Below are positions 9,242-19,230 of a DNA stretch of 64,000 nucleotides, piece after piece. Source of the stretch: Candidatus Bathyarchaeota archaeon (lineage in GTDB: Archaea > Thermoproteota > Bathyarchaeia > Hecatellales > Hecatellaceae); the NCBI GenBank assembly GCA_052246995.1, contig JBQPWD010000006.1, forward strand, positions 1-64,000, read 5' to 3'. The position numbers and the translations under genes were made by a program. The notes beneath the pieces were generated by a model. That model was not told the origin of the DNA. It saw only the letters and a program-made list of their open reading frames with translations, and did not search any database. Numbering within the stretch: position 1 is the first letter of the stretch; the number at the start of each line of letters is the position of its first letter.

Positions 9242-9727
9242 TTATCTTATACTTAGCCTTTTCAGAAGGTTTTTGTGGTCTATTAGGTTATCTGCTTTGA
9301 AGTTGTTTTTTAACAAGAATTTTTTAAAGTCTTCGTCCATTGTGAGGAATAGCATATTGTTCTCGGTGGATGTTGCGTAGAGAAGGTTGTCTATGTTGTC
9401 TCTATGTCCCAGCATCCTTAACTTGAAGGCTATTTTAACGGTGTTTGATGTTGGTGTAAGCCATTTGTAGAAGTCTGATTCTAAAATGGATTTAACAGCC
9501 ACATCTATCACGTCATCTACATCCTTTCTTAAACGTTCTTTCTCCCTGTATATTTTACCTATAACCTCAACCCAAACAACTGATAAACAATAAAACTTAA
9601 TTTTACCTTTAACAGCAGCCTCTCTAAGCCTAATGATGTGGTCAACGGAAAGCTCCTCAACCTCAATTCCGAAGCTTGGGAGAATATAGGTTGAGTCTAG
9701 AAGCACCTTAAGTGGTGTAGAGTTCAT
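9242..9727 (-). CDS. vapC: VapC-like PIN domain toxin
   Basis: LLDST...E...DNIDNLLYAT...LTMD PIN motifs; likely start MNSTPL overlapping the upstream AbrB gene. Confidence 0.88.
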   Translation of the reverse strand: MNSTPLKVLLDSTYILPSFGIEVEELSVDHIIRLREAAVKGKIKFYCLSVVWVEVIGKIYREKERLRKDVDDVIDVAVKSILESDFYKWLTPTSNTVKIAFKLRMLGHRDNIDNLLYATSTENNMLFLTMDEDFKKFLLKNNFKADNLIDHKNLLKRLSIR

Positions 9728-9965
9728 CCTGCTCCTTCTCAGATTCCCTTTCAAAATCTTCAACTGTTGTTTTAGTCCACTTTCTAGTTTTTACAGCCAG
9801 TGAAAGTGGGTCAGGTATAAACTCTAAAACCAGTTTGCCATCTTCAACCCTCATTAAAACCTTATCATTCTCGTTTATGCCCAACTGTTTACATATATGT
9901 TTAGGTATGTAGATAGCTCCCTTCTTACCGACCTTGGATACTGAAACCTGACTCAAATCTAACAC
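9708..9965 (-). CDS. AbrB/MazE-family antitoxin
   Basis: KVGKKGAIYIPKHICKQLGINENDKV. Confidence 0.9.
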   Translation of the reverse strand: MLDLSQVSVSKVGKKGAIYIPKHICKQLGINENDKVLMRVEDGKLVLEFIPDPLSLAVKTRKWTKTTVEDFERESEKEQDELYTT

Positions 9966-10177
9966 CAGAATAAAAAATAAAACCTGGAAAATATAAGTAT
10001 TCTGGTGGATTATGTGAACCAGTTTAGTGAGTAATGAACTCTAGGCTATTTTTCTTCCACTTGACCTTAAGGTTTCATTAACGCTATCGGGTTATTGCTT
10101 TAACGTCAGAGAATTTAAAATGCTGGGGGAAAGTGGAATGGCAATGTAGAAGCCTAGAGTATAGGGTAGTCTTAATG

Positions 10178-11239
10178 TTAGAGGTTTAGTTCTGAGTAGT
10201 CTCCTACATGAAGTTTTATTATTTTCCTCTCCTCGTTTTTCCTGATTTTTGTGTTTCTTCCTATTAAGCTTTCTTCAAGCCTTTCTACTCCTATTATCTC
10301 GACACTGTCTAATATTGCACTATACTCTATGGAGCTGTTTTTGACATGCACGTTTTTACCTATGCTTGTATATGGGCCTATAAAGCTACTTTCTATTATA
10401 CTGTTTTCTCCTATTATGGTTGGACCCCTAACTACGCTGTTAATTATTTTTGCTCCTTTTTCAATGTTTACTCTACCTTCGATTCTAGAGTTTACTACTT
10501 CTCCTTGAATGTTTCTTTCTATTCTCTCATCTAGTATTAGGGCGTTAGCCTCAAGTATATCGTCCTTTTTACCTGTATCTATCCACCATCCACTTACAAC
10601 CTCATATGACACTTTAAACTTGCGGTTGATCATCATCTGTAAGGCATCTGTTATCTCTAGCTCTCCACGCCAGCTGGGTTTAAGGTCCCTGGCAACCTCA
10701 AAGAATACTGGTGTAAGAAAGTATACTCCTACAAGTGCATAGTTGCTTGGAGGTTTTTTCGGCTTCTCAACCAAACCTATGAGGTTGTTTTTTTCGTCAA
10801 ATTTAGCTACTCCGAAGCTCGTTGGATTCTTCACTTCTTTCAACAAAACCATTGCATCTGATTTCTCGTCTAGGAATCTTTTTAGGTATGGTTTTATACC
10901 ATGTTGTAGGAGGTTGTCGCCTAAGTAGACAATAAACTGGTCTTCTCCAACAAACTCCCTGCATAACATTACCGCATGGGCTATTCCGAGAGGTTTACCC
11001 TGATAGATGTATGTTATCTTAACCCTAAACTTTGACCCATCACCATAATACTCCTTAACAAGCTCTGGGTAAGTTTCACCTAAAACTATCGCTACATCCG
11101 TGACGCCGGCTGAAACAAGGTCTTCAAGAACATACTGTGAGATAGGCTTATTCGCAACCGGAACAAGCTGCTTTGGACCGGTAAAAGTTAGAGGCCTAAG
11201 CCTAGTACCAGCACCACCATGAAGAATAATACCCTTCAC
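10178..11239 (-). CDS. rmlA: Glucose-1-phosphate thymidylyltransferase (long form)
   Basis: GGAGTRLRPLT..PKQL, PSWRGELEITDA, WWIDTG, C-terminal left-handed beta-helix. Confidence 0.95.
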   Translation of the reverse strand: MKGIILHGGAGTRLRPLTFTGPKQLVPVANKPISQYVLEDLVSAGVTDVAIVLGETYPELVKEYYGDGSKFRVKITYIYQGKPLGIAHAVMLCREFVGEDQFIVYLGDNLLQHGIKPYLKRFLDEKSDAMVLLKEVKNPTSFGVAKFDEKNNLIGLVEKPKKPPSNYALVGVYFLTPVFFEVARDLKPSWRGELEITDALQMMINRKFKVSYEVVSGWWIDTGKKDDILEANALILDERIERNIQGEVVNSRIEGRVNIEKGAKIINSVVRGPTIIGENSIIESSFIGPYTSIGKNVHVKNSSIEYSAILDSVEIIGVERLEESLIGRNTKIRKNEERKIIKLHVGDYSELNL

Positions 11240-11470
11240 GAGTACCGCTTCCTCGCATGTTGTTAATAACCTAAATATTAATTAAATAATTTAGTTAACT
11301 TATTCTTCTTATCTAAAAGTTTTCAGGAAATGTTTTCACCTTTCATGTATGAGTTAAAGGTTAGTTTCTCCACCTAATTATGTTCCTACTACACCATTAC
11401 CCATTAGGGCCTTTAGGTTTAATGGCTACGTTTTCATGTTTAAACTTAACATGCTGGTGCAGTGTTATTT

Positions 11471-12478
11471 TCAACTTTGGAGAGTAGTTATTTTTCCTTC
11501 TTCTTGAAGTCGCCTCCACCATTGGATTACTTTTGTTTCTGGGGAGTCTACTATTACTTTTTCTTCTAGAGCTTTGTACACCTCTTTGGCTCCATCAACA
11601 GGTGTGTAGGATGTTGAAAAGTTTAGTTTTTTCCTTATTTTTGTAAAGTCGACAGTATAGGACCTTGTATCTGGTTCACCATACCACTCTATTTTATACG
11701 GCTTGTCCATGTTGTCTCCAATAAGCTTGGCTAACTGGTATATTTGATGGTTTTGGGTGTTTGAGCCTACATTAAATGTTTCACCATTTACAAGTTCACT
11801 GTCAGTTTCTATGATTCTTGTGATTGCGTTGGCAATATCTGCTACGTGAACTACTGGTCTTACTTGGGTTCCAGGTCTCATAACACGGATTGTTCCAGTT
11901 TTGTAAAGTGAGAGGACCATACCGTTAACTACCAAGTCAAACCTCATTTTTCTGGATAACCCGTATGCTGTGGCAAATCGTAGTATTGTCACGCAAAAAT
12001 TTTTTGAAGATAACTTTTTTACTGATTCTTCAACCATTAACTTTGTTTTTGCATATTCTTCTAAAGGGTTTGGACGTGATTCTTCGGAAAGAGATCCTTC
12101 TTGAAAGCCGTAAACACTACATGTGGAAGGAAAAACATATTTTTTAACTCCATACTTCTTGCTTAATGTCGCTATCCTTAAAGGTCCAAAGTAGTTTATT
12201 TCGTAAAATAATTCCTTTCTTATTTGACTTGAGGGGTCTGGTTGAGATATAGCTGCTAAATCTACTACAACATCCATATAATCAAGTATTTTTGGGTTGC
12301 ATGTTCTCGTATCATCTACAATCAGCTTAAAATTACTCATACCTATAAACTGTTTGACTCCGTTGTTTCCGAAAAACAGTTTGTCTAGGCAAACTATGTT
12401 AAATCCTTTTTCTAAAAGTTTCTCTATAAGAACGTTTCCTATGTATCCTGCGCCACCTGTAACTAAAACCCTCAACAC
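11471..12478 (-). CDS. NAD-dependent sugar epimerase/dehydratase (extended SDR)
   Basis: GGAGYIG, STCSVYG, YAKTK, RFDLVVN. Confidence 0.9.
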   Translation of the reverse strand: MLRVLVTGGAGYIGNVLIEKLLEKGFNIVCLDKLFFGNNGVKQFIGMSNFKLIVDDTRTCNPKILDYMDVVVDLAAISQPDPSSQIRKELFYEINYFGPLRIATLSKKYGVKKYVFPSTCSVYGFQEGSLSEESRPNPLEEYAKTKLMVEESVKKLSSKNFCVTILRFATAYGLSRKMRFDLVVNGMVLSLYKTGTIRVMRPGTQVRPVVHVADIANAITRIIETDSELVNGETFNVGSNTQNHQIYQLAKLIGDNMDKPYKIEWYGEPDTRSYTVDFTKIRKKLNFSTSYTPVDGAKEVYKALEEKVIVDSPETKVIQWWRRLQEEGKITTLQS

Positions 12479-13371
12479 CTTAACTCCTCATACTCGTTTT
12501 TTAATGTTTGGAAGGCTACATCCGTGAGGTAAAAGCTTGTTTTTAAAAGTTTTCGAGTTTTTTCAGCGTTTAGGCTTGAGTCTCTAGGTCTTTTAGCAAT
12601 CCACTTCATATTTTTCATTTCAATAGCTTCAATTAAATCTTTGTTGAAGTTAAGCGTCTCAGCCAATTTTAATGCAAATTCGTATCTACTCATTCTTTCG
12701 CCAACTACATGGAATATTCCTGTTAATCTTTTTTCTAATATTTCAAATATGGCTTCTCCAAGTAGTTGAGCATGTGTTGGTGATGTGTACTGGTCTATGA
12801 GAGCTTTAACCCTTTCTCCTTTTTTGAGTTTTTCAACAAGGAATTTGGCAAAGTTTATTCTTCCAGGTCCTAAACCATAGATTGAACTTGTCCTAACAAT
12901 TGCGTATTCCTCGCTTGATGATTTAGATGCCACCTCTCCAACCATCTTTACCAGTCCGTAGTAGTTAATGGGATTTGGCGGTTCATCTTCGCTGTAATTA
13001 CCTTTTTCGCCGTCGAACACGTAGTCTGTGGAAAGATATAGTATGAATGATCCGGCTTTAGATGCGTAACGGGATAATGTTATGCTGGGTTCGGCGGTGG
13101 TTTTCCAGGCTAGGTTCTTATCTTTTTCGCATAGGTCTACATCTCCTAAAGCGGCCATGTGAACTATGTATTCAGGTTTCTCGTTTAAGATGAGATTTTT
13201 TAGGTTGCCTATGTTGCAAATATCAAGCTTTATTTTTTTTAAATTTGTATGTTCAATAGGCATAGGATTTTTGTGGTGTATGGCTAACACTTTGTAGCCT
13301 CCTTCTAAAGCCTTAACTGTTGTTTTAAATCCTGGAAGGCTACTTGCTCCTGTAATTAAAACCTTCAACAA
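12472..13371 (-). CDS. rmlD: dTDP-4-dehydrorhamnose reductase
   Basis: STDYVFDG, PINYYGLVK, DQYTSPT, AKRPRDSSL. Confidence 0.9.
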   Translation of the reverse strand: MLKVLITGASSLPGFKTTVKALEGGYKVLAIHHKNPMPIEHTNLKKIKLDICNIGNLKNLILNEKPEYIVHMAALGDVDLCEKDKNLAWKTTAEPSITLSRYASKAGSFILYLSTDYVFDGEKGNYSEDEPPNPINYYGLVKMVGEVASKSSSEEYAIVRTSSIYGLGPGRINFAKFLVEKLKKGERVKALIDQYTSPTHAQLLGEAIFEILEKRLTGIFHVVGERMSRYEFALKLAETLNFNKDLIEAIEMKNMKWIAKRPRDSSLNAEKTRKLLKTSFYLTDVAFQTLKNEYEELRC

Positions 13372-13374
13372 GTG

Positions 13375-13908
13375 TCACTTGTGTGGTGGGTAGTTCCAGT
13401 CCCATGGTTTGTTGCATCTTGGGTCGTATTTTTTACCGTTAATTTCTACGGGTACTATTGATGGGTCGTTCCATGGTTTTCTTAACTCGTCTGGGTTGTT
13501 GTAGTCGTATAGTTTTGTTGTAAAGTATACTGTGGTGGATGGTTCATTGCTGATTGTTTTTGTTCCATGCCAGTATTTTCCAGGTATTCTTATTATGCAT
13601 GGCTTGTTTTCGCTTCCGATTAGCTCAACCATTTTTCTTGTTTTTTCATCGTATGCACATATTTTCATGGCACCTTTAACAACTAGGAAGTAGTCTACTT
13701 GGCCTCTTTCATGTTTATGCCAAGCTCTAACAACACCTGGGTAGCTGTAGCTAATGTTAACTTGAACTATCTGGTCGTTGTCAAGTAGATGTTTCCAGTC
13801 AAGTCTTAAAGCTTCAGCAAAAAAACCCCTCTCGTCAGGTATAACTTGAAGGTTAAAAACGTGGATACCATCTAAAAAGTAATCTTTAATCTCACCCACG
13901 TAAAACAC
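13375..13908 (-). CDS. rmlC: dTDP-4-dehydrorhamnose 3,5-epimerase family (cupin)
   Basis: DERGFFAE, SYPGVVRAWHKH, IPGKYWHG. Confidence 0.9.
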   Translation of the reverse strand: MFYVGEIKDYFLDGIHVFNLQVIPDERGFFAEALRLDWKHLLDNDQIVQVNISYSYPGVVRAWHKHERGQVDYFLVVKGAMKICAYDEKTRKMVELIGSENKPCIIRIPGKYWHGTKTISNEPSTTVYFTTKLYDYNNPDELRKPWNDPSIVPVEINGKKYDPRCNKPWDWNYPPHK

Positions 13909-13993
13909 CTTAAACAGTACATGTTTACAGGTTTAAAGTCTACAATAATACTTCCATCTCTTTAGCATAAATGTTCTTTCTTATAGATAGTTA

Positions 13994-14425
13994 TTAGATT
14001 TTATCACTTGATGATGCTTCAACCTCCCTACCTAGTATTTTAACAATGGTGTTGATGTTTTCCTGTATTTTTCTTGTTAACTTTGTATCATCTGTTACTA
14101 GCTTTGCGTTTTTTTCACTAGCCGTAAAGATGTATGATGCGTCGTAGTAGGTTAGTTGGAGGCTGTGTGCCAGCTTAAAGATGACATCACTACTTGACGG
14201 TTCTACAATCACCATTATCTTTAAAACCTTATCCAGCATGAATATTGCTTCTAGCGCCTCCTCAAAGTTTATTCGTTTTAGCAACACTGTTTCCTTCCAT
14301 AATGCATTTCCAACTTCGTACCTTGTTAATGATAAAGTTAAACTGCCTTTAAGCAGTTTGTAGGCTTCATTTCCGTAAAGTCTTATCGTGTTTAAGAGTG
14401 CGGATGCGTCGAATAGGAGCGTCAT
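13994..14425 (-). CDS. vapC: VapC-like PIN domain toxin
   Basis: FDASAL, YEVGNALWK, LTYYDASY, LVTDD. Confidence 0.92.
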   Translation of the reverse strand: MTLLFDASALLNTIRLYGNEAYKLLKGSLTLSLTRYEVGNALWKETVLLKRINFEEALEAIFMLDKVLKIMVIVEPSSSDVIFKLAHSLQLTYYDASYIFTASEKNAKLVTDDTKLTRKIQENINTIVKILGREVEASSSDKI

Positions 14426-14652
14426 CTCTCTTCGCGGCTTTCCCTTATTAAGCGTGTAATCTCTTCTGGAGGAAGTTTCGCTAAAATCCTTTCTAGCTTG
14501 TTAAGGGCTTCCTTAACCTCCTCCTCCTCCTCAATTCTTTTAACTTCTTCTTCAAGAGCCTTTTTAACAATCTTGCTTATGGAAACATTGTGTCTCTTTA
14601 GCTTCTCATACAGTTCTCTGCTAATCTTGGCTGATATGGTTACGTAGCTCAA
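14422..14652 (-). CDS. RHH/VapB-type antitoxin
   Basis: VTISAKISRELYEKLK..VSISKIVKKALEEEV...IRESREER; 4-nt overlap with the PIN gene. Confidence 0.85.
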   Translation of the reverse strand: MSYVTISAKISRELYEKLKRHNVSISKIVKKALEEEVKRIEEEEEVKEALNKLERILAKLPPEEITRLIRESREER

Positions 14653-14942
14653 TGTATACCTAGTCAGTAATACTGTAAAAGTAATACTTAAGCTTTACAT
14701 CTAATAATTAAAAGGTTAACTTTCACCTACCAACACTCCCTCATCAACACCTGTTGCCTTTTTTACACGTAAACAGCCTGTTAAGACTTTTAACTTCTAA
14801 GATAATGATTGAGTGTTTTGTTTTAATGTAAAAGTTGGTGTTTAAGGGTTTTAGAATGTTTAAAAAGCAGGAACTTGGTTTGTCTCCAAACAAACCTTAC
14901 CCAACTTAATCCTGTGTAGATGTTTTGAGAACACGTAACGTG

Positions 14943-16037
14943 TTAAGTGGTTGTGGTTTTTAGTTTAACGATGTCTCCTGTAGCTTTTAAAACCCACACC
15001 CCTTCTTTTTCAGCTTTTTCTACTAAGTCTGGCATGGCTAGGCTTGTGTAGACAACCTTAATTATCTTTGGTTTAAGCATGTTTGGGTATAGTTTTCTTA
15101 GTCTATCAATTTTCAGGTTTAGCTCTTCGATTACCTTTGAAGAGGCTCGGATGGATGCTTCACCCAATATGCATAGCTCATCCGAGGTGCCATAAATGTT
15201 TAATTCAACTTCTGGAAGTATTAATGGACCTACTTTAACCTTGTAGCCCAACTCTCTGAGCCTATACTCAGCTATTATTCTTGCCTCATCCTCAATATCC
15301 AATGTAACCTTCTCCAGTGTACGTTCAACTCTGGATAGCCTAGTGTCGAACTGTTTGTACATCCTGTTAAAGTCCTCCCTAAGCCTTGCCAACTCCTCAT
15401 CATGCCTCTTAAATCCAGCTACCATGTCCTCTCTAAGCTTAGCTATTTCTTCATCGTGGCGTTTGAAGCCTAGAAGCATATCTTCCCTCAATTTTGCTAT
15501 CATTTCATCATGCCTCTTAAAGCCTGCAACCATATCCTCTCTAAGCTTAGCAATTTCCTGTGCATGTTTTTCCAGTATTTCATCATGCCTCTTAAAGCCT
15601 AGAAGCATATCCTCTCTAAGCTTAGCAATTTCTTGTGCATGTTTTTCCAGTATTTCATCATGCCTCTTAAAGCCTGCAACCATATCCTCCCTAAGCTTGG
15701 CAATTTCCTCCCCATGCCTTTTAAGTATTTCATCATGTGTTTTAAAACCTAAAAGCATGTCCTCCCTTAGTTTGGCTATTTCCTCGTCATGTCTCTTAAA
15801 GCCTAGAAGCATATCTTCTCTAAGCTTATTCATATCTTCCCTAAGCCTTACCTGCTCTTCTCCAAGTTTTTTCTGCTCCTCCCTAAGACTCTTAATTTCC
15901 TCCCAAATCTTAACAAGCCTATCCTCATGCCTATCCAACCTTCTTAAAATCTCCTCTAATCCAAGCAGTCCAGCAACAGCATACCTAAACTCCTTATCCT
16001 TTTCAATAAGACTTAAAAACTCCTCTTTAAGGCTCAA
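14943..16037 (-). CDS. Coiled-coil repeat protein with C-terminal PD-(D/E)XK-like domain, paralog of 7686-8552
   Basis: Same architecture: EFRYAVAGLLG, REDM(LL/VA)GFKRHDE repeats, ELNIYG...GEASIR...AEKEGVWV. Confidence 0.8.
   Translation of the reverse strand: MSLKEEFLSLIEKDKEFRYAVAGLLGLEEILRRLDRHEDRLVKIWEEIKSLREEQKKLGEEQVRLREDMNKLREDMLLGFKRHDEEIAKLREDMLLGFKTHDEILKRHGEEIAKLREDMVAGFKRHDEILEKHAQEIAKLREDMLLGFKRHDEILEKHAQEIAKLREDMVAGFKRHDEMIAKLREDMLLGFKRHDEEIAKLREDMVAGFKRHDEELARLREDFNRMYKQFDTRLSRVERTLEKVTLDIEDEARIIAEYRLRELGYKVKVGPLILPEVELNIYGTSDELCILGEASIRASSKVIEELNLKIDRLRKLYPNMLKPKIIKVVYTSLAMPDLVEKAEKEGVWVLKATGDIVKLKTTTT
15381..15842 (-). repeat. Intragenic tandem repeats (54/75/21-nt units)
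   Basis: One heptad followed by seven units of 18, 25, 25, 25, 18, 18, 18 aa. Confidence 0.95.
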
Positions 16038-16113
16038 CTTTCCACGCCAAAATATTTGAAGCTTTCAAATTATAAAACAATTCCGATTCTTGAATACTCT
16101 AAACACTAAAAAT

Positions 16114-17199
16114 TCAGCTAAACTTATTCTTCAATATTTCCACAATTCTAGCTCCAGCCTTCCCATCGCCAAAAGGATTATCCCAACAACGGTCTACACT
16201 TAACATTAACCGAACCTTTTTAACAATTTCATGCGGGTCGGTTCCGGCCAGAACGTTTGACCCAACCTCAATGGTTTCAGGTCTCTCGGTATTGTATCGT
16301 AATGTTACACATGGAACCTTTAAAATGCAGGCTTCCTCCTGCACACCACCAGAATCAGTTAAAACAAGCCTAGCCCTACTCTCAAGCATTAAAAATCCTA
16401 AATAGTCTAGAGGCTCAACAATCTTAACCCCACAACCAACAGCTATACCAAATGAGGCCATCCTAATCCTAGCCCTTGGATGAGCAGGATAGATTATTGG
16501 AAAGCCAAACTCCTCATACACCATCTCAAGCCCTCTCATCACATTTCTAAAACGAACCTCATCATCAACATTCTCCTGTCTGTGAACAGTCACCACAAAG
16601 TAGCTACCCTCATCAACACAAAGGTTGCTGAGCACGTCACTCCTCTTTTTTGCAGCCAACTCCAAATTTTGGAGAACAGCATCTACAACAGTATTACCAG
16701 TTACATAGACCTTTTCTGAAGGTATCCCCTCCGACAACAATATTCTCCTAGACTTTTCTGTTGGAGCAAAAAGAAAATCTGAGCAGTGATCAGTTAAAAC
16801 ACGGTTTATCTCCTCAGGCATAAACCTATCATAACTTCTTAAACCAGCCTCAACATGTCCAACCTTCAACCCAATCTTAGCAGCAGCCAAAGCCCCAGCC
16901 AAAGTTGTATTTGTATCTCCCTGAACCAAAACAACCTCAGGCTTTTCCTGTTTAAGAACCTTTTCTATGCCCACCAACATCCTCCCAGTCTGCTCAGCAT
17001 GACTTCCTGAACCAACATTAAGATTATACTTCGCTTTAGGAAGTTCAAGCTGCTCAAAGAAAACTCCATCCATGTTGTAAGAATAATGTTGACCAGTGTG
17101 TAAAATAAAGTAGTTAAGGCTTAAACGTTCACACTCACGGATCACCGGAGACATCTTAACGATTTCAGGTCGAGTACCCAGCACTATAGCAACCTTCAT
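16114..17199 (-). CDS. wecB: UDP-N-acetylglucosamine 2-epimerase (non-hydrolysing)
   Basis: GTRPEIVK, HTGQH, QGDTNT, HVEAGLRS, PEEINR, TDSGGVQEEA. Confidence 0.96.
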   Translation of the reverse strand: MKVAIVLGTRPEIVKMSPVIRECERLSLNYFILHTGQHYSYNMDGVFFEQLELPKAKYNLNVGSGSHAEQTGRMLVGIEKVLKQEKPEVVLVQGDTNTTLAGALAAAKIGLKVGHVEAGLRSYDRFMPEEINRVLTDHCSDFLFAPTEKSRRILLSEGIPSEKVYVTGNTVVDAVLQNLELAAKKRSDVLSNLCVDEGSYFVVTVHRQENVDDEVRFRNVMRGLEMVYEEFGFPIIYPAHPRARIRMASFGIAVGCGVKIVEPLDYLGFLMLESRARLVLTDSGGVQEEACILKVPCVTLRYNTERPETIEVGSNVLAGTDPHEIVKKVRLMLSVDRCWDNPFGDGKAGARIVEILKNKFS

Positions 17200-17498
17200 T
17201 TCAACACTCTTTTAATTCTGAAGATAACTGTTCCCCCTTCCGTGTAAGGCTTCCAAGGGTCAACACACTGAACATAGGCGTTTTCCCTATCTTCAGGCTT
17301 TGTTAATCCAAGCTTTACGGGATCTACACCTTCATCAAGCGCAACCGCATAGTGAAGTATAACCGAGAAAGCATGTATACAAACTGCATCTGTCTTGTTC
17401 ATCACCACACTTGGACCATCAATCACCATCCTGTCTCCAACCTTATATACCGGACACCTACCTCTAACCTCAACAACCTCTATCTGCAGCATTTTCAC
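17196..17498 (-). CDS. TIGR04076-family Cys-containing protein
   Basis: VRGRCPVYKVGD...CIHA...QCVDP...GTVIFRI. Confidence 0.8.
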   Translation of the reverse strand: MKMLQIEVVEVRGRCPVYKVGDRMVIDGPSVVMNKTDAVCIHAFSVILHYAVALDEGVDPVKLGLTKPEDRENAYVQCVDPWKPYTEGGTVIFRIKRVLK

Positions 17499-17575
17499 TC
17501 AACCTACCTGGCCCTTGTACCCCTCAACTCATTATTGCTACAGAACCAGGATACCTATGTATAACCTTGCAATGT

Positions 17576-17938
17576 TTATTTTGAAAACATGTTTTGGATC
17601 CATGAGGCTTTTGCTAGGTAGGTTATATACCCTATATCTTGAACCCATTTTTCCGCGTTTTTGTTTCCCCAGCTTTTCGCCAACTGGGTTAAGGTTAAAG
17701 CGGTTTTAAACGCATAAATCCACATCTCAACATTGTTTGGGTTTTTTAACGCTTTAACAAGCTTTTTTACTATCAAGCTTAACACAGCTAAAAGTTTTGA
17801 GCTTTTAATTTCACCATTCTTTTTAACTTTTATTAGAAGGTCTACTATACCACGTTCAACATTATCAAGAACCTTAAACCATAAACCCCTCCTAAGACAC
17901 CTCTTTTTAAGACTCTTCAACGCGTCGACAAAGCTCAT
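17576..17938 (-). CDS. Hypothetical basic protein
   Basis: 120-aa ORF, KRCLRRGLWFKVL...AKSWGNKNAEKW. Confidence 0.65.
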   Translation of the reverse strand: MSFVDALKSLKKRCLRRGLWFKVLDNVERGIVDLLIKVKKNGEIKSSKLLAVLSLIVKKLVKALKNPNNVEMWIYAFKTALTLTQLAKSWGNKNAEKWVQDIGYITYLAKASWIQNMFSK

Positions 17939-18167
17939 AAGAAAACATTCCCTCTAGCATAATTTAATTTGCCAACCGGAAATAAAAAGTTAACGAAAAT
18001 AAACGAAAGCTTGTGAACATAGTCTAAACGACGCCATACACGACAAAAATATAACCACACCAGCACTAAGACAACGTTAAAGCTAAGGTAGGAGAAATCA
18101 TTAAGGAAAATGTTAACTTAAAAGTTTAAATTGTAGGTTAAGACTTTTTCATACTTGACGGTTAAAC

Positions 18168-18422
18168 TTGGAAATTAGAAGAAAAATGGGTCGGAAGGGG
18201 CAGCTTGTCATCCCAAAGATTATTAGGGAGTTTCCGGGGGTGGGTCCTGGAGACGAAGTAATCATGGAGGTTAAAGGCAGGGAGGTTCTGATTAAGCCGA
18301 AGATAGATCCAGTAAAATTTGTTGAGGAGTTTTGCTTGAGAGGAAAAAAGAAGTTGACTGAGAAAATAGATTTGGAGAGAATGCTCGAGGGAGAGGTTGA
18401 GGAGAGACTTGTATTACGTTGA
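18168..18422 (+). CDS. AbrB/MazE-family antitoxin
   Basis: KMGRKGQLVIPKIIRE...GPGDEV. Confidence 0.88.
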   Translation: MEIRRKMGRKGQLVIPKIIREFPGVGPGDEVIMEVKGREVLIKPKIDPVKFVEEFCLRGKKKLTEKIDLERMLEGEVEERLVLR

Positions 18423-18801
18423 TTCAACGTCTTCATATATCCAGTAATCTATGATGAAACGTTTGTGCCGGAAGCGAGGAAATGTATAGAATTCCTCCTG
18501 AAAAATTGCTCTCGGCGAGATTGAAGCATACACATCACTTATCACGTGGGATGAGATTACATGGATAGTTAAGAAGATCATTGGAAACGAGTTATCACTA
18601 GAGTATGGCAGAAAATTCCTAAGGTTTTTTGGAGTTAGAAAGACGACAATTTTAAAGGCGCAGGATCTCATGGAGAAGCATAGGCTTAAACCTAGAGACA
18701 CGATACATGCGGCCACTGCACTTGAAAACAAGATAAACACGATAGTAAGCTACGATAGGGACTTTGACAGCCTTATCGAAGTGAAAAGAATCGAACCATA
18801 A
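18409..18801 (+). pseudogene. vapC: Frameshifted VapC PIN toxin
   Basis: Joining frames gives YYVDSNVFIY...TWDEI...LKPRDTIHAATA...VSYDRDFD. One base is missing near 18427 (early TAA) and one A is extra near 18505. Confidence 0.8.
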
Positions 18802-18999
18802 ATGCTACCTTGCTAGACAAGGCTCCTAGAAAGATTCAGACCGTTAAAATAGAAAAATGGCCTTACTGCTATTGTGACGCTTACAAATACCATCATCACG
18901 ACGATCATTGTTAGTTTAGTATCGTGTTGTATAAAACCGGTTAGCTTGTGGAAAGCTTAAGCTGCCTATTACAAGGGACACCATGGATCTAAAAACTTA

Positions 19000-19160
19000 T
19001 GGGAAATGATTACCGAGATATCCTTGTAGACGGTGCCGGGAGTCTCACCGTGCGGGAACAGGAAACTATATCTTCGCCGTCAATAGTTCACTTGGCCTCA
19101 AGACTACCGAGCTTAGCCCTAGCATGCCTCAAGCCTCTTACCCACACCATGCATATCCGC
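19000..19160 (-). pseudogene. Possible N-terminal remnant of a tyrosine integrase
   Basis: Broken frames DMHGVGKRLEA / AKLGSLEA / GETPGTVYKD just 3' of tRNA-Phe resemble N-termini of tRNA-adjacent archaeal integrases (recognised by eye only). Confidence 0.35.
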
Positions 19161-19230
19161 AGTCACACTAAACTCTGTACTCGAAGAGTTAAAAGAGGGG
19201 GAATGTGAAGGATATCAGAACTAGGGGTAT

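Noticed and set aside
8118-15842. 54/75-nt tandem repeats as CRISPR arrays or DGR template/variable repeats
   Set aside because: No unique spacers; units are in-frame coding with mostly synonymous differences rather than adenine-specific changes; no reverse transcriptase in the window.
8143-16059. Ser-rich plus-strand ORFs (8143-8475, 15343-16059)
   Set aside because: Antisense shadows of the repeat genes.
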